Shown: piece after piece, positions 45,311 through 58,100 of the stretch
Numbering within the stretch: the stretch's first letter is position 1
Layout: the number at the start of each line of letters is the position of its first letter
From: Amphiscolops sp. MND2022
Taxonomy: Eukaryota
DNA length: 64,000 bases
Direction: 5' to 3'
Assembly (NCBI GenBank): GCA_964187785.1
Contig: OZ076409.1
Span: 29,142,001-29,206,000, forward strand
The notes under the pieces: generated by a model
What the model saw: only the letters and a program-made list of their open reading frames with translations
What the model was told of the DNA's origin: nothing
Database searches by the model: none
Translations under genes and position numbers: made by a program

Positions 45311-46770
45311 GACCGTACCAAGACCAGGACCCCGTCCTCAGAAACCTCAAACTGAAAATCCTAAAAGAACCGTACGACACCCAACTTCTGAACGACGACT
45401 CCAGAGCGACCAAATACCTCACACAAGATGATCGCATCATCATAAAAGATGGACTCCTGTATCGACAATATTTTGGCGATACAGGGAAAGTCAAGTACTT
45501 GCAAGTACTACTCCCCCAGCAATTGGTTGATGAACTCATACAACACCACCACGGCAAATTCGGGAAACATCCAGGTATAGCTAAAACCATCCAGCAATGC
45601 CGCGAAAAGTACTACTTCCCGGGGCTAGCCGCCCGAATAGCCACCCACATTGCACAATGCCCAGAATGCGCCCAGACGAAAAGGATACCAAATGCCAACA
45701 TCACACCCCCGCTCATCGACATGTCCAAAATAGCAATGGGTCCAGAAGACGCGCTACAAATGGACATCGTCCCTTTTGACGACCCTTCGGGAGGATACAC
45801 CGCAGTCATCACAGCGATGGATGTATTCTCCCGTTATCTATTCGCGTATAGCGTCGCCAGAGTCGACACCAAGACTGTCACACGGGTCCTTACAGATATC
45901 ATCACAAGACACTGCTATCTCCCAACAACGATCATCACGGACAAAGGATCCCAATTCATATCGGAGGCAATGCAACAAACAACAGCCATTCTCGGAATCC
46001 AACTGAAACATGCCACCACCAAACATGCCCAGACGGTAGGCATCCTAGAAAGGACACACGCCTCGCTCAAAGAAAGTCTAAAAATCATGACGGGAGAGAG
46101 GCGAACGATGTGGCACCAATTCTTACCAATGGCAGTATTAAATTACAACACTTCCTACCACACTTCATTAGGCTGCGAACCCAGCCGAGTTTTCCATGGA
46201 AGAGTGCCATACAACGTACTCGACCTAAAGTACGGTCTTAAACCCCAGGCCACTGCCCCAACCAACCACGAAATAGCTGAGGGAGTGTTACAACAAACAC
46301 AAGAAATCCTCAAGCAGAGCCAACAAGCCCTGATGCAAGCCTACGTCCGACATATGCGTTATTATGACCGGAAAACATCAGCACACCCCTTGGTAGTAAA
46401 CGACTACTGCTATGCTTTGCATCCAAAGGCGCATCGCCAAGCGACGAAATTGCCGTTTCGGGAATACCTTTGGACGGGACCATATACCCTGGTCAAAACC
46501 CTACCCAACAACAACTATCTGATACGCAAACTCCAAACCAATTTCACACAGATCCTGCACAGAATCAGGCTACGCCCCTTCGCAAGCAGTCACAAGCTGC
46601 CTGACATTACAGTCCCCCCCAAGGATTTCCAGCAGGATACAGAGGTAGCCATACAGCACGACGACCTCTTCGCAATGGCGTGGGAAGAACTTTACAAAGA
46701 ATGCCCTAACCAACCCGCAAACAAACAATTACCCGAACCTGAAGTGATCCAACCCAGAAACAATCAATGA
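45229..46770 (+). CDS. Integrase of element B (frameshifted from pol)
   Basis: HGKFGKHPG...CPEC zinc finger; MDVFSRY, TDKGSQF, GILERTH core; WTGPY motif. Confidence 0.93.
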   Translation: MVCNNIHDPEQEQRRQLHSDTSFPRSLRPYQDQDPVLRNLKLKILKEPYDTQLLNDDSRATKYLTQDDRIIIKDGLLYRQYFGDTGKVKYLQVLLPQQLVDELIQHHHGKFGKHPGIAKTIQQCREKYYFPGLAARIATHIAQCPECAQTKRIPNANITPPLIDMSKIAMGPEDALQMDIVPFDDPSGGYTAVITAMDVFSRYLFAYSVARVDTKTVTRVLTDIITRHCYLPTTIITDKGSQFISEAMQQTTAILGIQLKHATTKHAQTVGILERTHASLKESLKIMTGERRTMWHQFLPMAVLNYNTSYHTSLGCEPSRVFHGRVPYNVLDLKYGLKPQATAPTNHEIAEGVLQQTQEILKQSQQALMQAYVRHMRYYDRKTSAHPLVVNDYCYALHPKAHRQATKLPFREYLWTGPYTLVKTLPNNNYLIRKLQTNFTQILHRIRLRPFASSHKLPDITVPPKDFQQDTEVAIQHDDLFAMAWEELYKECPNQPANKQLPEPEVIQPRNNQ

Positions 46771-47419
46771 ACCCACCCACCCCGGCCCCCCAAGCCCTAG
46801 CCTAATATACGACCCCGAAATCATTCCTAACCACCCAAGTGACCAGACACAGCACCCACTAACCGATATCGATGATGAACCCGAAAATCATACACCCGCA
46901 CCTCAATCCCCCCGGAAATCCCATTACAACCTTCGAAAAAACCCGACGTCAAATTGGAAACCAGATTATGCCTATTACAATGCCCTAACAGCCAATTCAA
47001 CAAATTTGACACATTCTTCCGACGGACTGGACAACGGCCCAGAATTACAGGTTTTAGCGGACCTCGGCCCAGACGGCAGTCTGAGATCAGAAAATTAATC
47101 AGGCCCAGGCACTGGCCTGGACCACAATCCTATGACCTGACTTCAAATCTCTTCAAATTACAACGGCTCTCACTCACTCTACTGTACTCTATGACTCGGA
47201 TGAAAACAATACAGAGGCTAAATACTAAATTGAATGACCCAGTGGACCACCGAGCTGCCTCAAATCTTTTCTACGCTCCATAATATCAGAGCATGTTTTT
47301 TTCTTCTCTAACAACGGAACCGACAGACGGAACCTTATATCAAAACAATGGCTACACAATAAAGAAACAACAAAGAAAATAAATCAAAGTCATCTATCAA
47401 AGTTTAGTTTCAAATAGTT

Positions 47420-50400
47420 TCAACAGGATTTCCCTTGCCGCGCAGCACGTTTACCTCCTTTTCCCGTCTGAGATGACGCACACGACCCAGGCTGACTACC
47501 TTCCACAGAGGCACGACCAACAGTAGAACTTGAAGGCACTACAGCACTAGATGACATCCGAGTCCGCCAGTCATTCACTTGCCCAGAATAATAGGCATTG
47601 TAACACTCAAACAGACTGTTGTAAATCTCTTCAATGGGATGCCGACTAACACCACCACAAGGATTGAAGGCGCCACAACTCAAGAACTGAGGACCATTCG
47701 GCAGATTCATTTTCAACTCCTCCAAACATTCTACAGTCAGCAAATCGGAAGACATGAATTTAGGATGTAGTACAAATGACTGTACACTTCGGAGACCTGA
47801 CCGGATCACAGAAGGAGACAAACTTGTTCCGCTAGTTGAAATATCAACAGGAGGCAACGACTTAGGAGCAGGACAAACGATCACTCGGACCAGCCGCACA
47901 ACTTGCTTTACAAAGGCCCGACACTGGAAACTCTCATGTCCCTCCAGATACTTGAAGACATCAGAGATCTGCGAACTATCGACACTCCGCTGCCGTAAAT
48001 CTATAACCAAGGACTTAAACTCGTTCGTGGCGGCATCCCGTTCCACATCGCCCAGACATCCCGATTCCTGGAGACAGAAGACAAGGTCCTGAAACAAGTC
48101 CACAATATACTCAGCGTCACCACCCAATAACATGTCGATACTAAGACAACTGAGTGACCGCGCAACACGAGACTTGGCATAAGAGCATGAGCCAAGAACT
48201 TTCAGGAACTCCAATAAATATCCTTGACATTCACGAAGAAACACCCGTCGAGGACTCTCGTCAAAACCACGCAGCGCTTTCATGATACTGGGTTCTCCCT
48301 GAAGACATTCGGAGGCAGTCACATTCGCCCAACTGTTCAGGGGTTTGTCTATATAGTCAGACCAATTGTCGATGGATGGTAGCTGACTTATCTTCTTCAC
48401 CTTGCTTAACAAGCTCCAATAGAAAAAGCAAAAATCAGTGTAACTCCTGCAAGCATAATCTGCAACATCCGATTCAAATAACCTCTTGCAATTTGATCGA
48501 AAACACAGCAAAAGGACATGCAACAAGGCCAGTCGAGGCAGACCCAAACGGTCTGAACACAAGAGGGAATCCAGATCCACGACATTGACATTCTTCCTCA
48601 TCAACAGGGTATCGTTCGACACACAAATCTTCACATCAGACCAATTGTCCAGGAGCTCTTGCAATACAATGCATAAATTTTCCGGAGGAACAACCCCAGA
48701 CTCCAAGCAGAGACGAAATTGCGGCAAGTTCAGAAGCCAAGCCTGGGGAGCAAATTTTTTCAAACGTTGCGTCAGATACTCTATGACAGCAAAGGGATCC
48801 ACGGATCCAACACAAACCAAACTGGCATCGCGAACCAAACGACGCAGAAGATCAACATCAAAGATGGTAGCAACAACAGGTACAGGTCGACCCATAGAAC
48901 GGCACCAATCCATGTAAGCGTTAAATAACACAGGCGGGCAGTTTTGAATAGCAACAGGGCCATGACGAGTAGACACCAAAGACAGCACGCTGGACAGGCA
49001 ACGAATCTCGGCTTCACAGGAGACAGCTCCAACGTCTTCATCCACGAGACACACTTCCCGCAAAGAGTCATCGGGACAGCATCGGACAGTACATCGCACC
49101 CCAGAGAATGACGATTGCACTGCCAAGCTAAAAGGGCTGTCGCCAAGCCATGACTTCACACGACGAAGTACGCGTGGGTAAAGGGTCTGGACTATCACCA
49201 CCAAGGTTTCAGTCTTACTCCAGGTAACACAGGCATACGGACTGTCAACTGGAAGGGTCGTACGGAACTGGCTCCACAGACGACGGAGAAACATCTGCGA
49301 GCCACCACTCCTCAGTAGCTCAAATAAACAACCCACAAGAGTCGTAGGAGGCACATTGGACGGGACGCCAACCAATGCATTCACCTCGTCCTCGACAAAG
49401 TTGTTCATTTTTCCCAGAGTAACTGGTGGCGTTTTTTCAATCTCAGCTCGCAATTCCAACGAAACTTCACTGACAGCGATGGCATCAAATTTCTCAGTAT
49501 AGATGAAGTCTTCGTGGTCAAATCGGTAACGCCGATCCTTTGCGAAATGGCCCTTGCACTTAAAGTGCCTCCAGATGCCTCGAGGCCCTCGGGACAGGAA
49601 AGACACATCTTTACGGCACACTGAGCAATTAAATCCATTGGGGCTCTTATCATTCCGACGACTAACAAACAGCCTGGGTATTGGGTGATTAGTCATGGCC
49701 TTAGTCAGAACATGCCTCTCGGTCTGTTTCTTCGCACGTTCCTCGTCTCGAGCCAGAAGCCGCTCCTTTCTAAGCTCAACAGGATCCACAACACGCCCAG
49801 GATCACTGGCGTCAATTCCTTTCCGCTTCAACAAACGGGACAGCTCTTCGAATTCTAAAATAAAAAACCTTCAATCAACCAACAAAATAACGACGAAACA
49901 GACAAACCGGAAAGTACACCATCAAAACATACGGCAAACAACTACAACCAAACACCCAACAGCCGAAGAAACAACAAATACCATACGAAATGAAGAAGAA
50001 ACTTGAGAAAATACTCACGTCTAGCCAAATTTTTAGTCTCTTTCTGCGTCTCCGTCCGCTCAGCCCGGGCAGCACTTCGAGCCAACATGACACACTGTGC
50101 GGCTGACATCACAACAGGAGAACCAGTGGGGACAGACTGCAGACCAGCTGATAACAAATATAATAAAATATCAAAAACACAATGGCAGAAGGAAAAGGAA
50201 ACGAACAGCTAGACAAACTACACATTCGAAAGATCATACAGAGGATAGATCAAACAGAAGCAAGAAAAACAAATAGGGAAACATACCACTCTCCCACTCG
50301 TTATGGATGACAGAGGGCTCCAACCCTACTGCCGTCCGACCATGTTGAGTTCGGGTGTGTCGAGAGGATTCATCAGGAAGCATAGAGGCAATGTCACTTT

Positions 50401-51276
50401 CCTGAGCAGGCGTCTCCAAAGCAGCCTCGCATACAAAAACATCACCCTCTGTAGACAATCCAATCCCTGGTCCGTGCCCCAGTTCAGCGACTAAAACAAA
50501 CGACATAGAAATATCTCAAAAGGAGCATCACAACTCGCAAATAAACGACTCCTAACAAGTACAGTACAAACGACAAGAAGGAGGAAGGAATACCTACTTT
50601 CGAGAGTCTTCGAAGCAGAAACAGTCGGCGGATCATACTCCTCGCCACAACTGTCCATCAGGGTGAAAGGCCTCGGAATGACCCCGGCAACGACATCAGC
50701 CAATCGCACACGCTTAGCTGACCGGACACTACTTGTCGAAAGCATCCGACTGGACCGAGACTGTTTCTTCTGCTTGCGCTGTGATTTTGAACTGGCGCTA
50801 GGACAAAAATCCGCGTCGAGCTCATCATCAGTCACTGTAGAAAGTAGATGTAAAAAAGAACGCGTTCATACAAAACGAGAAAGTGCCGGCCACCCATTTA
50901 ATTTCTAGGAAAGCTTACCTTTCTTGTTCGTCAAGTAATCAATGTCATGACGATTGTCGCTTGTAGCAGAATGGTAGGACCCACTCTCAGGACAGCTCTC
51001 ACCATCAGTCTCAACAATCTCATCCTCGGTAACATCCTTTTCGCCAAATCCTCGTCCTGCCGTCTCGGTCACTGTACCTGCAACAGCCTCTCCAGTTTCA
51101 TCGCGACTGCCAGTAACACTTGCCTCATCACTGCCATCCCTGTCATCACAACCACGTACTTTCTCCTCTCCACGAATAACTGACTCGACGACTGATTCCA
51201 CCTCAGCCTCACTTTCTTTCAAACCAACCTCCCGACTGTGACAAAGTAAGGCATTATCTTCTTCAGTGGAGCTCAT
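47420..51276 (-). CDS. Five-exon antisense gene inside element B, predicted 1120 aa: acidic N-terminus, BED-like zinc finger, hAT-transposase-like body
   Basis: Exons 51276-50919, 50834-50598, 50490-50287, 50147-50019, 49854-47420; four GT-AG phase-1 introns join five annotated ORFs into a 3363-nt open frame. CSVC...IWRHFKCKGH finger. Confidence 0.85.
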
Positions 51277-51365
51277 GTCTCAAAACTTTCTGAAAAATAC
51301 AAAAACTATAACACAAAGAAGATGTGGCGTAAAGCAAGGAAATTTCTACTATCAAAAGTTATCTA

Positions 51366-51374
51366 CTATATAAG
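51366..51374. promoter_or_regulatory. Candidate TATA box of an internal, possibly bidirectional promoter
   Basis: CTATATAAG lies between the divergent ATGs at 51276 (-) and 51497 (+). Confidence 0.4.
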
Positions 51375-51496
51375 GAGAGTTGTTCAGTCTGCCAGCTGAA
51401 CAATTCATGGAGTTGACACAAACCGTGTGAACAAATTTTCCAAGCGAAGCAAATCAGTTGTACTAAAAATTGACTGACGCTTAGTTTACTACTACA

Positions 51497-52081
51497 ATGA
51501 ATCATCCCAATTCAAACAGCAAAATGGACGAAGACGTCTTCATTCTCGAACGAGATCAACAGCAGCAGCCCGAACAAAGAGCCGGTACACCGCCACCAGA
51601 TTATAACCTAATTACCACGCGGCAAACTAACATTACTTACGAAATCGTTAAAACACAGGACTACCACGTAGTCCTAGTACATGAAAAAACGCCGGCCGAT
51701 ACTACGAACACAGAAAACGAGATGGGAGTCATCAGACGTTTCACGCAAGACAACCCAGTGATCCCCGAAGACACATTTATGAGTCCGGTCAGGCAATTCG
51801 ACCGTGAAATTTACGATGATCCCGACTACAACGTTGATAGCCCGATAAGTTTCTACAGTAGCTCAGAAGGCTACTATTCGGGAAGTGATTGGGAGACAGA
51901 CTCATCTTGGCGATCCTACAATTCATCAACTGACGATCTCCCAACGCTATTTGAGACCCCGATTCGATCGATTTCCCAATTTCTTCTTCCTGAGGGAACT
52001 GGGTACAGAAGCCGAGGACTGTCACAGCCCCGACTGAGCTGCGAGTATTGCAACAAACACAACCCAGTCTTCGAAGAATAA
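51497..52081 (+). CDS. Small acidic/Ser-rich ORF (194 aa) of element B, running into the 3' LTR
   Basis: ATG in ACAATG context, open through the PPT region and the first 62 nt of the LTR; PPPDY and CEYC motifs. Confidence 0.55.
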   Translation: MNHPNSNSKMDEDVFILERDQQQQPEQRAGTPPPDYNLITTRQTNITYEIVKTQDYHVVLVHEKTPADTTNTENEMGVIRRFTQDNPVIPEDTFMSPVRQFDREIYDDPDYNVDSPISFYSSSEGYYSGSDWETDSSWRSYNSSTDDLPTLFETPIRSISQFLLPEGTGYRSRGLSQPRLSCEYCNKHNPVFEE

Positions 52082-53925
52082 ATTGGAAAATGATCAAAAG
52101 AAGAGGAAATAGACAGCGAACAAACAATCAGAAACAAAGGAGCTATACAATATAAATTTGAAGTTAAATTAATAAATATATGCATATTAGTATTATTATC
52201 ATAATATTGTACACTTATATAAATACGTACTTACGGAATAACGGAGCTATTTGCGCAGTTAATAATAATACAATACTATGTAATAATAATAATCGAATCG
52301 CACCGCTCAGTGAATGAACTGAGAAATCGAAGGCGGAACTGAGGCCTGGCAGCCGGCCTCAAATACTCGCACTGAAGCGGCGGCCTGGCAGGCAGCCTGA
52401 GAATTGCAACCTCAGCGGTTTAATATGCAAGCGCGCGCTATAGTGAATACATGTAAATGAACCAATGTCTAGTGCAGTGATTTATTAACAATACGAATGC
52501 AAATATACCAACAATTGAGATTACTGTGCTAACTTAATAGAACATCACGTACTACGGCCTGGGATGCGGCCTGAGAATTAATTACGATAAATCAATCACG
52601 AAAGTGAAAGATGATGATGCTACCATGTAACTTTGTCTCAAAATGAAGCCAGAGATTATTATCTATGATCTTAAACTATATTGTAGTTTAAAATAATACA
52701 TATAACGTTCTTTTACATGTAAATGTTGATTAATCTATAAACGGGCCTGAACCGCGGCCTGAACCAAAGATTTAGTACCGAATATTAAACCAAGTGTTAA
52801 TAACATGCATATCCTGTTCCCTGAATCTGTTGTCGTTCAATTGCATTAAATACCTTTCCGAACAATATATCTGATGCTGTTTATAATTAATAGTTGCTTT
52901 ACCTACTGAACATATTTGTCCGTCCCGGACTATGGCCTGGGACCAGGCTTTGTGTTATTAACCAAAATCAGAGCTACAAATACTGTAGAAGCAATTCTAC
53001 TCTTTCATTTGAAGCCTAATGTGTAATCTGTGTTAAATTTCATTCAAATTGTTGCTGATTTATTTAATTTAGGGAAATATTTGTAAAGAAAATTGGTTGT
53101 CATCATTTTTTCCCAAATTTGTGCTGTTAATCAATCTTATTCAGTGAGTCATTGCGCGTGTCGTTGATAATTTTTTCAGTTCGGCATCCTGAAGAGGCGG
53201 GAAATTGGAGGCGAAGGGAAGCGGAGTCGCAACTCAGGCCGGAAGTGGACGCGTGCTTTTCTTCGGAAAACATGAACAAGCTGAAAGCTTGAGTTCGACA
53301 AAGCGGAACCGAACTTCCTGTTTCCCTGCCTCGGACGGACGCCGGACTGAACAAAATGTGAAGTATGTTCGTGTCTTTCCCCCGATTTCCGGGATGGAAA
53401 GTATAAATACAATGCGAGCTAGAAGCCATTTTTAGTTGAATTTGTTATTTTGCGAAACAATTATCTTTCGTTTAACGATAATTAAAAATCTTGAAACGTC
53501 ACACTTTGTCACTTGAGAACTTGCACTAATTTCCTTAAAAGAAAATCGAGAATTATCAAGACTAAGTACGATGCCAGAACGTAGCTCCAAAAGAAAAGCC
53601 AGAAGGGTTTCTCCTGTGAACTCTTTAGACGAACCTGAATCTTCTAGCATGAGAACTGAAAACACTGCTAGTTTGTCTGATAAGGATTTTACGGAATTAT
53701 CTGAAAAGATAGAAAAATCTGTAAGTAAAAGAATCAAAGACGCGGAAGTCGGACAGCGCGAAATTCTGAAGATGATAGAGAACCTGACTTCTAAAATCGA
53801 TACGCTGACAGAGAGACCGTCTAACAACGTGCGTCATGGTCCCGACGACGAGGATGCGGAAAACACGGAATATAGGTATAGACTAGTTGAACCAAGTGAT
53901 TTACTCCCGAATCACGGTCAACACA
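52020..53925 (+). repeat. 3' LTR of element B (1906 bp)
   Basis: Copy of the 5' LTR with about 15 substitutions seen by eye, a 20-bp insertion and two small deletions. Confidence 0.96.
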
Positions 53926-54019
53926 CAATCTATGAAGGGTACCATTTCCATACTCTCAACCTTAGCATTTCGCAACAAAAGGATCCTATCTCTCCCAAGA
54001 AACAGTCTGATTTTTATTC

Positions 54020-55170
54020 TTTTGCGTCTGCAAGGTAAACTGGCAAACTACTTACCAAGCTTTACGACGGCCTGGTTGACAATTTGCGGACAATTTCTAT
54101 ATCTGATATGTCCAGGAAAGGCACTTGCAAAAACCACTTATCAAGAACCTTCAATAGGTGATTCGCAACTAATTTCAATGAAAATTTTAGCTTGCGTTAC
54201 TTTGAATAAGTTTCGGAAGTCGGTGAAGCAATTACTGCATCTTTGACTTTGCACTTATTCTGTTTCGCAAACATAAAGTAGCTTTAAACTGTGACTATAG
54301 GAATCAACTTAGCTGTCCTGGTGAAGAGGAGCTTCTGTTGATCTGCTAAACCAATTGATCGATCCCAATCCTTGTGTCCACGATAACTTTCTCAAGCAAA
54401 AATATCGCAACCATATGCAATATAATAAATTGACGTTGGAATTTCGAAACAATATAATATCACTTGTTTAACCCCAAAAAAGCTCTTCAATAGCCAGAGT
54501 TAACTGAATTAATTGTACGAGAAACTTCCAAGCTTTCACTTTCTTCAATACTTGAGTAGCAAAGTCGACTGATTTGAATCTCTACTTGGTTGCTGTGAGT
54601 CTTAGTAGGAGTTAACTCTGGTTACTTTAGCATACAGGAAATACCAAATGGCGGATGTTTGTGGTTAAATTTACCATCGCCATACGAGCGCCTTGATATA
54701 TAGAATAAGCAGAAACAAATTATTTACCTGGGCTAGATGTATACACCAAAATATGTAAAAGTATATATAAAAGGCATTCATTTAAGCAAGATTAAGGCAT
54801 ACATTTACACATTTTATTTGCTGTCAAATACTCAGTGAAGTTGACAAATAGTCCTCATGGGTCCTAGAGACACCCACGTAGCCCAAATATGGAATTCATA
54901 TTAAGTTAAATACGATAAACAAAGAATAAAGTCCAAATATACACTGACTTTGAAAAAGGAATCCAAAATGGGACGTAAGAGGGGAATTGAAAATGTTTTG
55001 GCTTCGATTTTCGATTTTATAGTTTAAATCTCTCATTTGGGTCAAAATATGTCGATTGGGCGAAAACTAGCACTCAAATTCAATTCTACACATTTTTACA
55101 GCTTTTTAAAACTGGCTAACTCGACTTATTTTTCCTTCAATTTTTCGGAACAAATTTTGAGGCGCCAACA
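54020..55170 (-). repeat. 3' LTR of the BEL/Pao element (1151 bp)
   Basis: Direct repeat of 61817-62968; preceded on the minus strand by GAAAACGGGGCCGGCAT (PPT-like). Confidence 0.95.
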
Positions 55171-58100
55171 ATGCCGGCCCCGTTTTCAGCTCGAAAACGC
55201 TTTTCAAAAAGTGGCGCCAGTTTAACCACAGGTCGTTTCAGGGCTCCATCGACAGTTTTGATTAGTGCTGATCTCACAATACCATCTTTTCCAGGGAATA
55301 CTTCCATGACTCGCGCCATCTTGTAGTGAGACCTTCTAACATTGTCGTCTATCAGCCAAACAAGATCTCCAACTTGAATATTTGGCTCTGACTTGTTCCA
55401 TTGTGCTCTTACCTTGTTCTGTGGAAGGTATTCTTTCACCCATCTGTTCCAAATTATGTCTGCATAATCTTGGCTTGATCTAAACATCTTTCTATGGTTA
55501 GCATAAACCTCTGCGCTTGGAATAAAGGGAATGCAAACATTCGCTCAACCAATAATAAAATGGTTCGGTGTAAGTGCTTCGAGATCTTCAGGATCATCGC
55601 TTGCTGGAGTAATAGGACGCGCATTTAATGTTTGTTCCACTAAGCACATAGTTGTCAATAAAACTTCATCTGTAAGAGATCGATTACCCAATATAGCCAC
55701 CATTGCCTTTTTGCAACTTCTAACTAATCTCTCCCATACACCACCAAAATGGGGTGCGCCAGGAGGGTTAAACTTCCATACAAAGTGCTTCTGAGCAAGC
55801 TCTGACGTTATTTGATCTTGATTCCATGAGTTGATGTACTCCTTCAACTCTCTTGCTGATCTAACGAAGTTAGTACCATTATCGCTGATGATAGTAGTCG
55901 GCTTGCCACGTCTAGCAATAAATCTGTTGATAGCTACCAAGCAAAAATCTGTGTCAAGACTTCGAACCACTTCGATATGTACTGCTCTGGTAGTTAAACA
56001 TGTAAATAAGCAGCACCAACGTTTCATAGATCTTCTTAATAATTTCACCTCAAACGGACCGAAATAATCCATCCCAACGTTGGTGAACGGATATGACTGA
56101 TAATCAAGTCTCTCTGGGGGTAAGTCGGCCATGAACGGGGTTTTATTCTGTGCACGTAATTTGCGACAGAACACACAACTAGTTTTAACACTTCTCAAAG
56201 CATTTCGTAACCCGATTATCCAAAATTTTTGTTGAAAAACACTTCTCACATACTCTACACCTTCATGATTGTGTTCGAAGTGTAGATCTCGCAACATGGT
56301 CATTACCATGTCGTGTTTAGTAGATAGCAATACTGGGTGACGCTGTTCGAAGCTCAAGTTGGCATGTTTGATGCGACCCCTAATTCTGATAACTCCTTTT
56401 TCATCAAAGAAGGGTGCAAATTTTGATAGATTTCCGCCGTTTTTAGTTTTACCGAAACTTTCCTTCTCATCAAAAAGGTCCGGGAAAGATTCTTTTTGAA
56501 ACATTTTCAAAACTTTTTCTTCTGCTCGGTTCAATTCTTCAACAAGTAAAACTTTAGATTGACTTTTATACTTCAACCGCAAACAAAACGCGATAACACG
56601 GACGCATTTCGAGAAACTACTAAATTTTTTCCAATCAACAGGTGGCTCCTGAGTCATACTTGTGTTCGCAATTACTGCAACTTCAGCATGATCATCAGAA
56701 ATCACGTGAATTGGATGCAAAGATAACGTCCAATCCTCAGGCTGTTCTTTGAACCAAGAAGGTCCGGTTAACCATTCACTTCCAGATAATTTTTCTATAG
56801 TTATACCACGAGTTCCAATGTCAGATGGATTCAACTCGCCTCGGATATGTTTCCATTCGTCAATGGTGGCCTTTTCCAGGATTTCAGCTGCTCTGTTGGC
56901 AACAAAGACATTCTGCTTTTTGTCCGCTGAGTTTAACCATTGCAATACAGTAACGGAATCTGTCCAATGAGTTACACCATTAATAGGTAAATCGTGTTCT
57001 TGAATGATCAACTTTCTCAACCTCACAGAATACAAGGCTGCTTGTAGCTCTAGACGAGAAATAGACAACTGTTTGATAGGAGCTATTTTGCATTTGCCCA
57101 ACACAAAGGACACTTCGATGCCATCTTCGAGTTCTCCTCGAAAATATGCAACAATGCACATTGCTTCCAAAGAGGCATCACTGAAAATATGTAACTGCAC
57201 GTTCTTGGGGATATTGGAAAAATACTTCCGGGAAAGAGATGTCTGCTTAATTGTCTGCATTTCTTGTACCCACTCGAAGAATGTTCGCTTATCTTCTTCA
57301 CTGATATTTTCGTCCCACGTCTGACCAAAACGGATCCAAATACTCTTCAAAAGCATTCTCATTCGCATGGTGAACGGTGCGAAGATTCCCATGGGATCAA
57401 ATACAGATGAAACAAAGGATAGTACCACTCGTTGCGTTACTTCTTGTGGACATTCTTTGTTTGGTCCTCGGTAGACTTGAAGACTGTCGGAATCTATGGT
57501 CCATTCGAGACCTAGGATGGGCGATGAATCCGCATTCAAAGTAAATTCATTAGATTCCAGATGGTCTTCCGAGGGGATAATTTCAAGCACTTCAGGGCAA
57601 TTGCTCGCCCATTTCTTCAAAGTAAAGCCACTGCGCTTCAGTGTTTCCACTAACTGTTGATAACATTCAATGGCCTCTTGTGGTGTATCAACACTCTTGA
57701 CAAGATCGTCCATGTAGAAGTTTCTGTCTATTGTAGCGGCTGCTAAAGGAAACTCTCTTTTGTTATCTCTACCGCCCTGTTGGAAACCATAATTGGCACA
57801 CGTTGGGGAACTCTTTGCTCCGAACACATGCCTATTATACTCGAAAATTCCAATGTTATCTTCTGGTTTATCTCGCCAAAGAAAACGTAGAACTCTACAT
57901 TCTTCTTTCGGAACTGCTACTTGTAAAAACATTGACTCTATATCGGCAGTGATTGCTATTAGGTGCTCTCTGAACCTGAAAACAATTCCCACTAAGTTGC
58001 GCAATAAATCAGGTCCACTGAGAAGTTTGTCATTCAGCGAACAGCCTCTAAACTTTGAAGCTGCATTGCAAACTCTTCTGACCTTGCCTGGTTTATGTGG

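Larger units (their letters stand above)
38262..53925 (+). mobile_element. Full-length Ty3/Gypsy LTR retrotransposon B (15.7 kb) with cargo genes
   Basis: Two near-identical LTRs (TG...CA), 5-bp TSD CAATC (38257-38261, 53926-53930), PBS, gag, PR-RT-RH-IN. Confidence 0.97.

Noticed and set aside
47420..49834. Independent nested autonomous hAT transposon
   Set aside because: No TIRs or 8-bp TSD found by eye, and catalytic DDE motifs appear replaced.
53571..54038. Independent 155-aa gene
   Set aside because: It is the LTR copy of the gag N-terminus running into flanking DNA.
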